Source: Octopus bimaculoides
Lineage: Eukaryota
Length of the DNA: 64,000 nucleotides
Reading direction: 5' to 3'
Assembly (NCBI RefSeq): GCF_001194135.2
Contig: NC_068999.1
Span: 26,245,947 to 26,309,946 of the forward strand
Below the pieces are notes generated by a model that had not been told where the DNA came from, did not search any database, and saw only the letters and a list, made by a program, of their open reading frames with translations. A program made the position numbers and the translations under genes. Below are positions 37,453 to 52,006 of the stretch, one piece after another; position 1 is the first letter of the stretch, and the number at the start of each line of letters is the position of its first letter.

Positions 37453-40400
37453 TAAATGGCACATGCCAGTTGTTTTCTCAACAATGTGAAAGGAGCAGCA
37501 TAGCTCACCAACAGTCAGTACATGTAGTTGTCTCAACTGGCATTATTCATTTCTAATATTCTGTGAAAATATGTGGCCATGCAAGCTTTTTTCTTTTATA
37601 GATTTCAGTATATCATGTCATTCTACATTATGTGTAACTTGGTTTATATGCACTCCAGTTCAGTTGAAAAGGCAATAATAAGCACATTTCTTCTACACTA
37701 CAATGCTGTTATTTATCTTCAATGAATATTAGCTAGTAATTTATTTTATATGGTAATATTCAAACAAACTTCCATCACAGACCTAAGTAAAATCTTTTCT
37801 GTTGCAAAGGCCTAAGCAAAAGTGTTACAATTGTTATAAGAACCCAATCTAAATTCACAATTATTAAAACACATAGTGAATGTGTACTCTTGTTTGTTTT
37901 TGTATCTTTGTTTGTTTGTTTTTTTTGTCATAAGAGGGCATCCAGTTTCAGAAAAGCTACCCAATCCTGCAAACATGGAAAAACAGATGCAACATGATCA
38001 TGAGAGTGATAAAATAGATTCTAAACATTTCAAAATGAGTTAATAAAACCAAATATATTGAAACTCTATAAAACAAAAATCCTTCATAAAAAATTAATTT
38101 AAGAATAAAAATCTTATCAGAACCCACCTGTACTATCACTGTCTGGATTATATTCCAAAGCATTGCGCCATATTAAGTCAATATCATCCAAAAACTCTTG
38201 AGCAGTCGGATACATTTCATTGTCAATTTTTTTAAGCATTGAATTCAAATCCATTGGTTCCTTCACAATATCATAATAATCTGGAACCTATAACATTATT
38301 TCTAGAAGAATTAGCATGTATTGGATATAAAAAGACAAAGACAGCAGTCAAAAAAAAAACAATTTCAAAGTTAATAAATAGAGACATTTCCTGAGTTGAT
38401 ACAACTTGAAAACTTTCTATTCATATAATATGGTTCTGTTAAACAATGCGTTACATGCTAATATCCATTCTTGTGGTTGATTTAATGCTCACCACATCTA
38501 CAAAGTTCTAAAATAAAAAAAATTTCACCACAATGAAGTAGAGAAGCAAAATCCAAAAGAAGACATTCAATAGAAAATAGTTGACTGCAGGAAACATTTT
38601 TTTAAACATTAAATTCGAAATACAAACAAAATGAACTCAAAAATTTTTCAGAAAATATAACAAAACCACTTACATCCTCAATATCAACTGGTCGCATAAA
38701 GATAGCAAATTTGCGACATTTAGCAAGCTTATTCCATATATCTCTTAAGAAGAGTCTTAGCTCTCTTAGAGTTGCTTCTTCATGGCTTTTAAGTTTTGCC
38801 AATTCAGTTTCTGTTAGTTTGCGAGGAACAGGGGGTGGTGCACGTGGTAATTCTTCTAAGACTCGAGCTGAAATAAATGGACAATTGAATGAAGATAAAA
38901 TCATGTGAGTGGATATTTAAAAAAAGAAGAAATAAACAACTCATTCTATGGAAATAGTAAAAGAAACAGTTTGAATTTTAAATTCCATCCCCTCAAAAAT
39001 GTGACATATTCTTAATAGTGAATATGAAGGACTAAATCCTTTATATTGTACACAAAGAAGCAAATTTGCAAGATCAGGTATCCACATACAATTATAGAAG
39101 ATGAATGAGAAAATAGTGATGACTGATGCACTATTTAGTAACACAAAAATGTTGAACATTTTCAATCAAGCTGTTTTGTTCCAGCAAGAGATTTACAAAT
39201 GGGTACTCTTCTTATGCTCAATGAATTGTTAAATAAGAGTCAAAACAAACAAAACTAGGTATTTTCTCTAATTAAAATAAAGCAGTCTCATGTATTAAAA
39301 TAAGGTGGTCTTGTCTATTTAAATAAAGTAATATTATTAACTTAAATATGGTGGTATTCTTTATTAAAATTATAAGATGGCTAATTTATCATCTTATTTT
39401 TATATACACCATAATATAATGCAATATAAAGGGATTTAATATACAGTATGTCTGTATAGTACATTTTATCATGCCTGTATAATCAATATTAGCTACATGC
39501 TTAAAATTAAATGATTATAAATACATAAATAGTAATGATGTATCAGAAATTAGTGAATCTACAATAAAGTGGAACATACTTCTTTGCCTTTTATTGACTG
39601 GTGGTTTGACAGCTTGATTCAGCAACAAATCTGAAAAGAATTCTCGCCGTTCTTGTTCTGTTGGATTACTCATATGCATAACCTCAGCTGCTAGATCATC
39701 AAACAGTTCTTTCAACTGAAAAAGAAAGTAATAACCTAGTTTTATATTTTATTGATACACAATAAATATATTTATTTCATGCATATTTCAAAATAGGAAA
39801 AGTAACTCACATCATCATCAAGAAAATCATAAGGAACTTCACTGGTGGCTAAAAGTAGGATTGGTAAACAAGGATCTAAATCATCGACCATTGTTAAAAA
39901 CGTAGCTTTCAATGTTTCACTCGAAACACTCCACAAATAATTGATGTGTGGAAAATACAATATACTAGGGCTTGTTCTCTTGGCTTCACAGAATATCTGT
40001 TAAACAAAATCAATAAATAGCATATTAAAAGCAAAACCCAAGAACAAAAGATTATACTTTATAAATTTAAATATTAAGTACAGACAATAAATTATTTCCA
40101 TATAACAAAAGGAATTTCAAAAAGGAAAAAATTAGTATTTTACTTGGCAATCTTCAAGGGTTATATTATTATAAAAATACACTTATTTGTACATAAAATA
40201 TATATGATCAGAGTGAGATTGTGTATATTAAGTAGACAAATGTGAGGTAACGGAACTGATTATAATTCACTGCTTAATATAATAATATAAATTTATAAGA
40301 TAGCTTTAGATTTTCATAAATTTGTTATAGGAGTAAATGGAAAATAAAATGTTCATACTTAAAATATTTTCAATTGCTAAGATTTAGAATACATGGAGTA

Positions 40401-43400
40401 TAACAGCTCCAGAACAAAGGTTAAAAAGTTGTTCACAAAAAGGTTTGTGTGCATGTGAGAAAGTGTATATTTAGAAGAAGTGAATCAAAATTCTTGATGA
40501 CAAAGTTTCTCCTAGAAAACTAACTGATACAAAATTTTCTCTTGAGAAAGTAAGTTTCCATAATAAACTGATCACAAGCAATACACCAAAATGACAGATG
40601 CTTATCAGATAATAATTTATGCAGCGTGTTGTCTATGAGTTATGTTCTGGGGTGCTGGCCCCAGTGGATGCAAATTTTCGAATGGCAACAAATTCTAAGT
40701 TACTGAATAAGCAAAAAATAACTTGCACAAAAGATAGCACAGTTTTGTATTGATACTTATACTCTGCCATGAATGTCCTCCTTTCTCTAGTTCCTTTTGT
40801 GTTGATCTACGCCACGAGTTCTTAGGCCTACCCCTCTTTCTATATCCATCCGGATTCCACTGTAAAGCACTTTTCGCTACATTTGGTGTGTCCTTTCTAA
40901 TTGTGCTACCAATCCGCTTCCACTTTTTCTTAAATATTTGTTCCCTAATCGAAACTTGATTCGTTCTTTGCCATAGCTCCATATTGCTTATGTGTTCGGG
41001 CCATCTAATTTTAAGTATACTATGCAAGCATCTGTTGATGAATGATTGTATTTGCTTATTTGACTTAACTGTTGTTCGCCATGTCTCAGCCCCATACAAT
41101 AACATAACACCCCTTTTACGTCAGTGTTAAAAAATTTTATTTTGTTCTTTATTGAAATTACACTTGTGCTCCATACTTTTTTTAACAGGTGAAAAGCGGT
41201 CCTTGCCTTACTTATTCTTGTCTTAACATCTTCGTCGGTGCCGCCTGAGAACGTTATCTTACTACCTAAATATACCAGGCAGTATATGCTAAAATTTAAA
41301 AATCAGAATAAGTTCTATAAGAAGAAAATTCTATCAGGACCTTCAAAGAAGAATTGAAAAGTATGTTGGAAGACTGGAGGCATAGAAATGGGGAATGCAG
41401 TGGTGTTGGAAGGATGGAGAAACAATGAGAATAATGGCAAGATGTGGAGGAAGAGATCATAAGATACAGTAACAAAACAAAAGGGCAATAATGAGTTTTT
41501 AAATAAAACATAAAATAGGTGAGCTGAAAAGGCTCATTAGCTGACTATAAAGGAGAGCATGCATTAATTTCAACTCTTCTTATTAATAACTACATAGTTT
41601 CTTTACAGGTAAACTGATATCTGACTGTTCAAAAAAGACTTCAAAAGTAGCTGGTAGCAACTTCTCTTAAAAATGGGCAAAATTTGGCATTGTGGTTTTA
41701 TCAAAACTTGGCAAAAGTGGTCTTATCAAGTACCGGCAGAAAAAGGTTTAGCCCCCAAGAACATTCGTGCTGATATGCTTGCTACATTAGGGGATGACAC
41801 TCCAGCTTTATCAACAGTGCAAAAGTGGGAAGCTAAATTTAAGAGAAGGGAGAGTCTTGAAGATGACACAAGGTCTGGACAATCTGCAATTACCACATGC
41901 TGATGGATGACAGGCGATTGACCATAAATCAAATAGCAAATGCTGCTAGTATATCCTAGTTGAGAATATTCTGCACAATGAACTAAGCATAACGAAGGTT
42001 TCTTCTCAGTGGGTGCCACATCTGACACCTGATAAAAAGCACAGCAAGCTGATTATATCACAGGAAATTCTGACATTGAGTCAGATCCAGCTGGTTTCCT
42101 AACTCAGGATGAGTGTTGGCTTCATCACTTTGAGCCAGAGGGACAATCCATGTAGTGGAAACACCCCTCCTCATCTCCTCCAAAGGTCACGGTTGTGTGG
42201 TCTGCAGGTGATGCCCTGAGTCTTTTGGGATGCAAAAGGCATTGTGTTTATTGACTATGTTCAAAAAGGCCACACCAACAATGGAGACGAGTATGCGAAC
42301 TTGCTAAAGCAGCTACGAAAGGCTATCAAGACTAAATACCCAGAAAAATTTATAAAAGGGGTCTTGTTTCATTAGGGCAATGCTCCAGCACACAAGACCT
42401 TGGCCTCAATGGCTACTGTGCATGGCTTTGAACTAGTTGATCACCCTCTCTGGCCTGACCCCACATGACTATCATCTGTTTCCCAACATGAAAAACCACT
42501 TCGCTGAGGACGAGTATTGCAGTGATGATGACGTCATATCTGCTGTTGATGACATTTTTGACCAACAGGATGAAAGCTTTTTCACCAATGGGATCCAGGT
42601 GCTGCAACACCGATGGAAGGAGTTTGTGGACTGCAAGGGGGACTATGTTGAATAATAAACCTCACTTGGTCACATTCCATAACAGTACCTTGGCCAGCCT
42701 ATGAACTTTTCAGCCGACACCCATGTGTGTGTGTGAGTGAAAGAGAGAGAGCATACATATACATGCACACACACACGAGTGTACACACAAACCATGAAAT
42801 ATAGGAGAAGTTTCAGGTGTGGAAGCAAGGACTAGAATAGAAGGGCCTTAGAGTCAACCTAGTCCTAATAAGTAGGAAGGTAGACAAGACACAAACCCCT
42901 TCAGGTAGATGGCCCTGCTCGATCTGCAGAAAAGGCATAGGTAGAAACTCCATAAGATGTACCCAGTGTAAGCTATGGACACATAAGAGGTGCAGCAATA
43001 TCAAAGGAAGGCTAACTAGCAAGATAGTTTTTGTATGTGGCAGATGCTCAAGAGCAATAAACACTGAGAATGTGCGGAAAACAACCTTTGCCACATTCCA
43101 GGGAGAAAAACNNNNNNNNNNNNNNNNNNNNNNNNNNNNNNNNNNNNNNNNNNNNNNNNNNNNNNNNNNNNNNNNNNNNNNNNNNNNNNNNNNNNNNNNN
43201 NNNNNNNNNNNNNNNNNNNNNNNNNNNNNNNNNNNNNNNNNNNNNNNNNNNNNNNNNNNNNNNNNNNNNNNNNNNNNNNNNNNNNNNNNNNNNNNNNNNN
43301 NNNNNNNNNNNNNNNNNNNNNNNNNNNNNNNNNNNNNNNNNNNNNNNNNNNNNNNNNNNNNNNNNNNNNNNNNNNNNNNNNNNNNNNNNNNNNNNNNNNN

Positions 43401-46400
43401 NNNNNNNNNNNNNNNNNNNNNNNNNNNNNNNNNNNNNNNNNNNNNNNNNNNNNNNNNNNNNNNNNNNNNNNNNNNNNNNNNNNNNNNNNNNNNNNNNNNN
43501 NNNNNNNNNNNNNNNNNNNNNNNNNNNNNNNNNNNNNNNNNNNNNNNNNNNNNNNNNNNNNNNNNNNNNNNNNNNNNNNNNNNNNNNNNNNNNNNNNNNN
43601 NNNNNNNNNNNNNNNNNNNNNNNNNNNNNNNNNNNNNNNNNNNNNNNNNNNNNNNNNNNNNNNNNNNNNNNNNNNNNNNNNNNNNNNNNNNNNNNNNNNN
43701 NNNNNNNNNNNNNNNNNNNNNNNNNNNNNNNNNNNNNNNNNNNNNNNNNNNNNNNNNNNNNNNNNNNNNNNNNNNNNNNNNNNNNNNNNNNNNNNNNNNN
43801 NNNNNNNNNNNNNNNNNNNNNNNNNNNNNNNNNNNNNNNNNNNNNNNNNNNNNNNNNNNNNNNNNNNNNNNNNNNNNNNNNNNNNNNNNNNNNNNNNNNN
43901 NNNNNNNNNNNNNNNNNNNNNNNNNNNNNNNNNNNNNNNNNNNNNNNNNNNNNNNNNNNNNNNNNNNNNNNNNNNNNNNNNNNNNNNNNNNNNNNNNNNN
44001 NNNNNNNNNNNNNNNNNNNNNNNNNNNNNNNNNNNNNNNNNNNNNNNNATTATTATCAGCGTTGGCTTCTAGCACTTGTGCTAGTGGCACGTTGGAAAAT
44101 CATTCGAGCGAGGTCATTGCCAGTGCTGCTGGACTGGCTCCTGTGCAGGTGGCACGTAAAAAACACCATTTTGAACGTGGCCGTTGCCAGTACAAGTGAC
44201 TGGCACGTAAAAGCACCCACTACACTCCTGGAGTGGTTGGCATTAGGAAGGGCATCCAGCTGTAGAAACTCTGCCAAATGAGATTGGAGCCTGGTGCAGC
44301 CTTCTGGCTTGTCAGTCCTCAGTCAAATCGTCCAACCCATGCCAGCATGGAAAGCGGACGTTAAACGATGATGATGATGATGATTATGATAGAGGATAGG
44401 AAAACACGTAAATGTACACAGTTGAAGAGCCTAACACATAATGGCATATGCCTGCATACACACAGAAAATTATAAAAACACGTTGTAGCGAAACTGTTCT
44501 CTCAGTTATCTTTGGACCCTGTTGTGTCCACCACTCTGATTCATTGGTATTGGCGCACTTTTGTCTCTAGTTCTATTTTGTGCCAGGGTGCATACCAACC
44601 AATCGCTGCCTTTTGATAAGGTCACATGGAACGGTTTTTTGAAACCCCTGCTTGAGCTGATTTTACCTCTTAAGTAGCTTGCTTCGTCTGCACTAAAGTA
44701 TGTCGCGACTCTAGACCTTCTGAGGTCTAGTCGCTGACCACAGAGCACCAGCCAGTTCCAGCAACGACATTACTCCACTCCATTGAAGAACCAACAGCCA
44801 GTCCTCTGCATCGTTACTTCCAGTTTCTTAGCGTCTACACCGACATCTCTAAGTGCACAGCGCTCGCACAGTTTCTCTCAACACTGTATGTGTGAAATGA
44901 TTCACCATGAAATAACAGCCAGAACTCAACCTGCGAGAACTCCTGTACCAAGTAACCGGCCACAGCATTGAAGCCTCAACTTCTTACACGTGTCTTACTA
45001 CGGCTCTGCCAACTCAATGCCATAACCTCTTGGTACAGGAACTCAACCTATTGTGCACCTTAGTTATGAACTGGTGTTTCACAATGTCCTTATTTATAGA
45101 CAGTTTACTATGCTCTGTATCTCTTGCATTCACATACATATTTGTATACACACACACTCTTTGTTTACATGACTGCCTGTCTTATATTGTGTTATGTCGC
45201 ATTCACTCACAGACATTCTGGTTGACTACCAATAAACCTTACTTTTATACATCTTTACCCGTTGAGTCTCTCTCTTTCCTTGTTGGCACTTAACTCATTC
45301 CATCTATTTGTTTTTTCTTATATTTGTGCCGACCGTGCAACACGCTAAAAGGAGCCATTCCTTCATCACCATCTCCTTGGTCGCACAGTCGTCTACAACA
45401 TCAAAGCTCCCAAAAACAAAAAAGAGAGATGATAATAATGGTTAAAGTAGGTGAAGATATTCCAAGGATAAAAATATTCTTTGTAAATGTGTGATAATCT
45501 GTTGGGTAAGGTAACAATACAGGCTGAAAGGTGGTCTAAGACTGACTGTCTAAGACTCATCTATTGTTCCACAGATTTGAAGAGTCTCTGATGCAGGCAT
45601 CTAACAGTGTTACAAGGCTTATTTGCAATGCAACAGTTGAGGTTGGTGGATGTACAGTTGAAGTAATAAATAATGTGAAAGAAGATTTTAAAGTTGATTA
45701 TGAAATGTGGAAAGGATGGTATCTGGAGTAGGAGCATTTTGAAATTCCTGATTGAATACAGCTAGGAACAAGAGAGTTTTCAATCAATAGTGGCCAACAT
45801 TTTTCACACTTTTGAAATGTTTTAGGAAAGTTGGGAGCTGTTTTTGATATCATAATACAGAAATTATGAAGGATAAGGGATAATTATAATAGAAAAACAC
45901 ATGAACGTAAAGTGATATTGGAAAGAGTGTTGTAGTTCTATTGATAACTTAAGCTTGGCATAATGCATACTTGGCAGTTAAAGAAACTGCTAAAAAATGA
46001 CAACAAATTTGAAGTGTATTAAAGGAAAAGAAGACTACTTGAGAGAAGAAAGAGTGAGTATCAAGAAGTATGTTGTCTATAAAAGTAAGAAAGTAACAGC
46101 TGTTTAATATATAGCATAACAATAGTTAGATAGCTGCAATATCAGTAATTCAAGTAGATCATCTTAAAAAAAGGAAAAAATGGTAATCAAAGAAACCAAA
46201 CCAAATTAAGATAATTTAATACCATCCTTAACGTCAACATTAATATCACTTAATAAATGCCTTTCATATATACTAACCTGTGTGCAAGATTCTTCAGGTG
46301 TCCTGTTACTAGCAGCATACAGTGATGGTAAATCAATTACATAAACAGGCATTTGCTCTAGGTGTTGCATGATAGCAGGAGCAAGATGGACAGACTGTCC

Positions 46401-49400
46401 TTGGCCTATTTTCCCAGCAAAGAGAAGGCGTGGACGGTATGTCAATGGCTGCTTGGAGGCACAACTACGAGAATTGAAGGAAGGAAAAAAAGTAAACCAA
46501 GAAATCATATATAATGATTTTGAATAAAAAGTTACTTTTTGAAAATATCAAAATATTGTATGACACACAATAAGTTTAAGATAGAGAAGTTACATAAAAT
46601 TAATCAAAATCAAATCAAGACACACACAAATGCTGGCTTAACCTACTTTCAATGAGTTACGATAATTAATATTCAATTTGAAATATTTAGATTTAGATAT
46701 TTTCCATTACCTTTGAAAATCCAAGTAAGATTCTGTAATTTTTTCAGGAACAAAATTTCGAGGCTTTCTACCACGTTGACGAGGGGCTTCATATATACAT
46801 GGACCTTCTTCATCTTCAAACCAGTAATCGGTAGCTTCATCTACTTTAGCTGATTTCTCACAGGAACCTAAAAGTGTTTGAAAGTTGCCTTTTCTTTTTT
46901 AACAATTATTAAGCAAAAACATATAGCTATGCACAAAAAGTACACAGCAGAACTTATATAATAACATAAGAAAATGCATATTCTAATGAAAGTAATTTTT
47001 ATGAAACTTAACAGTAGGCATCTACAGCAGACCCTAACCATTTGGTTTGATCAACAGGAACGACTTCGTAGGTCTTCCAAGATCACCAAGGTCAATATTC
47101 TTCTTCAACGATTGCAAGCTAACAGTTGTGGGAAAACACATTTTGAGAAGTTGCTGATGTGTAACAGGATGTAAAGGGGAACAAAACCAAGTTCTGGGCA
47201 CACCAAAGTAGATGGAGCACAAGTCAGAGGGAAGATTCGTCATGTGCCACAATGTAAAGTCAATGATAGCCTAATATATACATATATAGACACAGAAGCA
47301 AGATACAGGTTCCTGCCTGACCAGCTCCCTGTCAAACAGTCCAACCTATGCTAGCATGGAAGGAGGGTACTAAACGATGATGACGATATACATACATAAA
47401 TACATAGAGGAGAAGAAGGGTGGTAGCAGCAGTTAGAAAGCATAAAGTTGTATTCTATTAGTGTGGTGAAGGTAAAAAAAAATTTTTTTAAAGACATCTA
47501 CCGAAAAATTCATCAAAATATAACAGATTTCTTTTCTTTTCTTTTCTTTCAGCAGTAAAGAAATTTTTTTTAAACGGGGTCTACTGATGTTATGCTATAA
47601 ATATTATCTAGTTTTCAGAAATAGATATTTTAAATATATATTTCTCTTGCAGTATTTCCAATGATGAATAAATTTCTGTATAAAATGTTTTCAGCTACAC
47701 CACATGACTTAATTTTCCAAATATAAAGTTTTGATCCCTTGAGTATAATCATATTTCATAATACTTAAGTTTTTATTCATTCTATTATTCGTTTTATTAC
47801 AATATACTAAAAATCTGATAATGCATTAAAAAATTATTATATTGAAGTGAACTGTATTATATATTACATCTATAAGCTAACAAAATTATTTTTTTCAGTA
47901 TTTATTCTGTATTGCTGAAATTATATAAAAATTTGAAACACTAGTCAAAACAGATAAGCATATTATGTCATTTTAAACTCATAGGTTTGAAAGGAGAAAT
48001 AATTCATAAGAATGTTTTTGATAAAAATTCGAAGAAATTCAATTGTATAGAAATCTTTCTTAGTAAATAGAGAGAAATACTACTTAAACAAAGAGAGAAA
48101 TACTACTGCAAAAAATTTAACCAATGCCAATATAAAGAGGAAGATAATAATAATGCTGATAAACATCATAAAGAGAACATATACAGATACAAGGAAATAT
48201 GATTAAATTTCAAACAGAAAAATTATTGAATTACCTTTCAATGTAAGACTATGACTCTGAGATAAATCATTGGGAAAAATTATCTCCAATATTGAAAGTG
48301 CCTTGGTGTAGATGTTTTCAAGAAGTGGTCTCACAAGTTTGGATAATGGATGTCTTGGAGTTGAATTAGAACGCTGTGCAGTGGGAACAATTACTTTCAT
48401 TCCTCGATAAAAATCAATTCCAGAGATGTGTATTGATGAAACATCTAACTGGAGTTTTTCTGAGGAATTGTAAATCTGAGGATACCTTCTTCTTAAAGCC
48501 ATCAAAGCAGCTTCTGTACATAATGCTTTGATATCAGCACCACAATAGCCTACAACAAAAAAATTAAATAAGGAATACAAATTTTTTCAAACAAATCTCA
48601 AATTTTGTTAATTTAATTTGGAGTTCTGTTGGTTTTAATATGTTGGGAAAATGTGGGTAAAGATAGCCAGTGAGGTCTCAAAATGAAGGATTAAGCAAAA
48701 TATTAGATGCATGGCTTGTGTTGTGGGGAAACAACTAGAATAAAAACTTAGATTATTATGGATCTTGGAAGAGGTATTATACTGAGTGCTATCCCTGCAG
48801 AAGACATTATAGAGAAAAGAAACAGTGAAACAGAACCAAATTGATGATTGAATCATTGCCAATCAGCCAAATGGTCTTCCAATGGTGTAGAATATGCTTA
48901 CAAGCAACAACACCATCCCAAGTACAAGAACAGTCCTTTAATGTGGGTTACACATGAGATTTGTAGACAGTCAACTGTATTTACTGACACTGAGATGCAG
49001 TCTGACAATGTCATACATATGTGATAAGAAATAACAGCAAGTAGGTCTTCCATATGCAGAATGGAAAGTGTTGGAGACATAACCAAACTCTGAAATAGAA
49101 AAAAAAACACTCAAGGAGATAAGGGAAGGGATTTTACAACTGCCTCTATTACTGTTGAGATGTTATTGTTCAGTTTCCAAGTCAGCTCTCTTTGCACAGA
49201 TATGATCAAAGACCATACCAACATTTTAAGAGGAATTTAGGACTAAGTCCTTTAAAACAGTCCCCATTTTTGAATGGAGAAAGCAAACCTAACATGCCAT
49301 TCAGTTTAACAACACCTTGGATGCAATTCTGCTGCAAGCACTGATACACCATTAAGACTGTAACCGAGTTAAGATTTGGTTGCTATTTTTAGTAGGTTGA

Positions 49401-51906
49401 ACAACCATGTGGAGCCTCCATTGATAAGTCAGCTGTTCGAATTGTGAGAGGTTGCTCCTTTTTGGGAATAAGGTGTACAGTAATGTTTCCATAGATTAAG
49501 ACGGCTTTCTCTCTCTCTCTCAACAGCAATCTGCATTAATCTGAAACCTGGTTACATTTTCAGAGACAAGAAATCTATAGGCCAACTAAACGGGTGCCAT
49601 GATACAAAGCAAGGTACTAAAACAACTGCTTGTGTTCAAGATGTGGCAATAGATAAACTTCAAGGAACCAGGAAGATTTCCAAAATAGAAGTCTTTGTTG
49701 CTGATATACAAGTGAGTAGTAGAGAAAGAAAATTCTGCACGAATACTACTTTTTGAAAAGAGATTGAAATGAATAGTACAGCTTGGATTACTGTAGATAA
49801 TTAGAGAGAAAGAACTGAGTGGTTTGTATATCAGTTTCTTGTTATTTCTTGTAAATTTTGACATAGTTTAGAATAAAGTGGCTGTTTGGTGGAAGAAAGG
49901 AAGAAGAAACACAGGCTCAGGATTCACTGTTAGTTGTTACGGAAATATCTATTCTTAGCCCAAATAAAAATCAATAGTCTCAGGTCAGGCTCTCAAAGTC
50001 CTTCAATTATTGAGGAGGGATACACATTTTTAACTGGAGGAGAGGAAGATACAGAATTATATTCCCAGGTGATAAGGAAGAATTTCAAAGCATTACTGAC
50101 AGGTTTAGCCTCCTGTACTAAGTGACACCAGCTTTCTGCTGGGAAATATTTTCCACAGCTTCTCCTGACAATTCAATGAAGAATTCAGAGGAAGATGCAA
50201 TTCAAACAGAAGTATCAAGAAACTGTTTATCATCGAACCAAGCTTTTGGTAGGAGTGCTTGCAGCAGAATAGCATCTAAACAAGGACTGGTATTTTATCA
50301 AGACACCAGCACTTGATGAAGTTTCAGTACTTTAGTGAGGTAACTTTCATTGCAGAGCGACCAATCTTTTATATGTTTCTCCAAGTAGATTACTGTTTTG
50401 TAAGCTGACCAGAATGCATTATGTAACTTTGATGCATTCTGGTTAATTATTTTTGTTGAGAAAAGTTCAATAGCAGAAAGAATAGAGTCAGATGTCTATA
50501 TTTTCAGACTTTTGCAATGAAAATTTGTTTTATTATCATCCCCACATAAAGAGTTGGGGATCTAATGGAGAATAAAAAAATTGGTTATAGCTATGAATGA
50601 AAGAATAAACTTTTGAAACAGGTATCAAAAGTGTGATACAGTATTGCAGTGAAATAAGCTCATTAGATTAGAGGAGAGAGAGACAAGTAGAATATGGTCT
50701 GTTGAATACATTATCTGATTATATCCAGTGAGATGCTAATCTAAGTGACACATGGTGTGAAAATACACTGCAAGAGAGTACTAGAATATATTTGAAAGAA
50801 ATAGTAAGATTAGGAAGAAAAGACTTACAGAAAAGATGCAACAGAATATGTGATAACTTATTAAAGTATTTTGTTTCTTTTATTTAAAACTTCTAAAAGT
50901 AGAAATTCAAGATAAAATAATTAAAAAAAGAATATAAGTATTGGAAATTCAAATAACTTTCTGTTAAATCACATCAAACTTACCAACACACTTTCGAGCA
51001 ATTTCCTCAAGAAATGCATCTGATAGCTTAGGGTTCCAATCTTTAGTGATGATAGAGAAAATCTGGGACCGAGCCTAAAATGTTCAAAATAACAATAATA
51101 CAATTTAATATTCATAAATTTATAGGTACAATTTAAATTGCATTAATCTTATGGACTATATTGAAACTGTTTTCCTTACAACCAAGCTATCAACATTCAC
51201 TAGGTTCTTTCATCTCTTGTTCATTGTTTCCTCTTCCCATTTTGAATGTAACAATACATTTGGCAGATATTTTATAATTATTAATTCTCAGGAAGGCAAT
51301 TTCATGACAAACATAGAGGCACTTGTCAAAGGGAGATACCAAAAGTTGTTCAGTGACTTGATGGTGCAAGTAGGTTCTCAAGAAACCAAGTAAACATTCC
51401 AACTTTTATCTTAATTAGTGATGCTTCATCTGCTTCAACAAGTTCTTCATTTCCATTCTTTCATGCCTTATAGAAATCATTAGCTCCTTTGTACAGGAAA
51501 AATTCCCCGAAAAGGCATCCATTCCAAAAGTCTCAGAGCAGAGCATCTGCTAAATAACAGCTTCACATTATAAACAATATCAAAATATCTTCAGTCTTAG
51601 ATGAGATACTAGCAATGAGTCAAGGAAGTTGAAACCCTGACCTGTTAATTACATTTTCAAATCTGTTTATAACCATTAATGAACCTTATTAATTCATTAG
51701 CAATGATAGTACACCAGTTTTTAAAAATTCATCATAAAAGGGAAATAAGTTTGATAAATTTCATCTTTCAGTCATCAGCTATGTGAATATAATCTTAATG
51801 CAGGATTCAAACAAGGATCGATTATTTCTGAACTAAAACCAGTACACTCAAATTGAGCAAGTGAGAGAGAAAGGTTATATACATACATACACACACACAC
51901 ACACAA

Positions 51907-51945
<39 letters not shown>

Positions 51946-51967
51946 CATGTGTGTGTGTATGTGTGTA

Positions 51968-52006
<39 letters not shown>

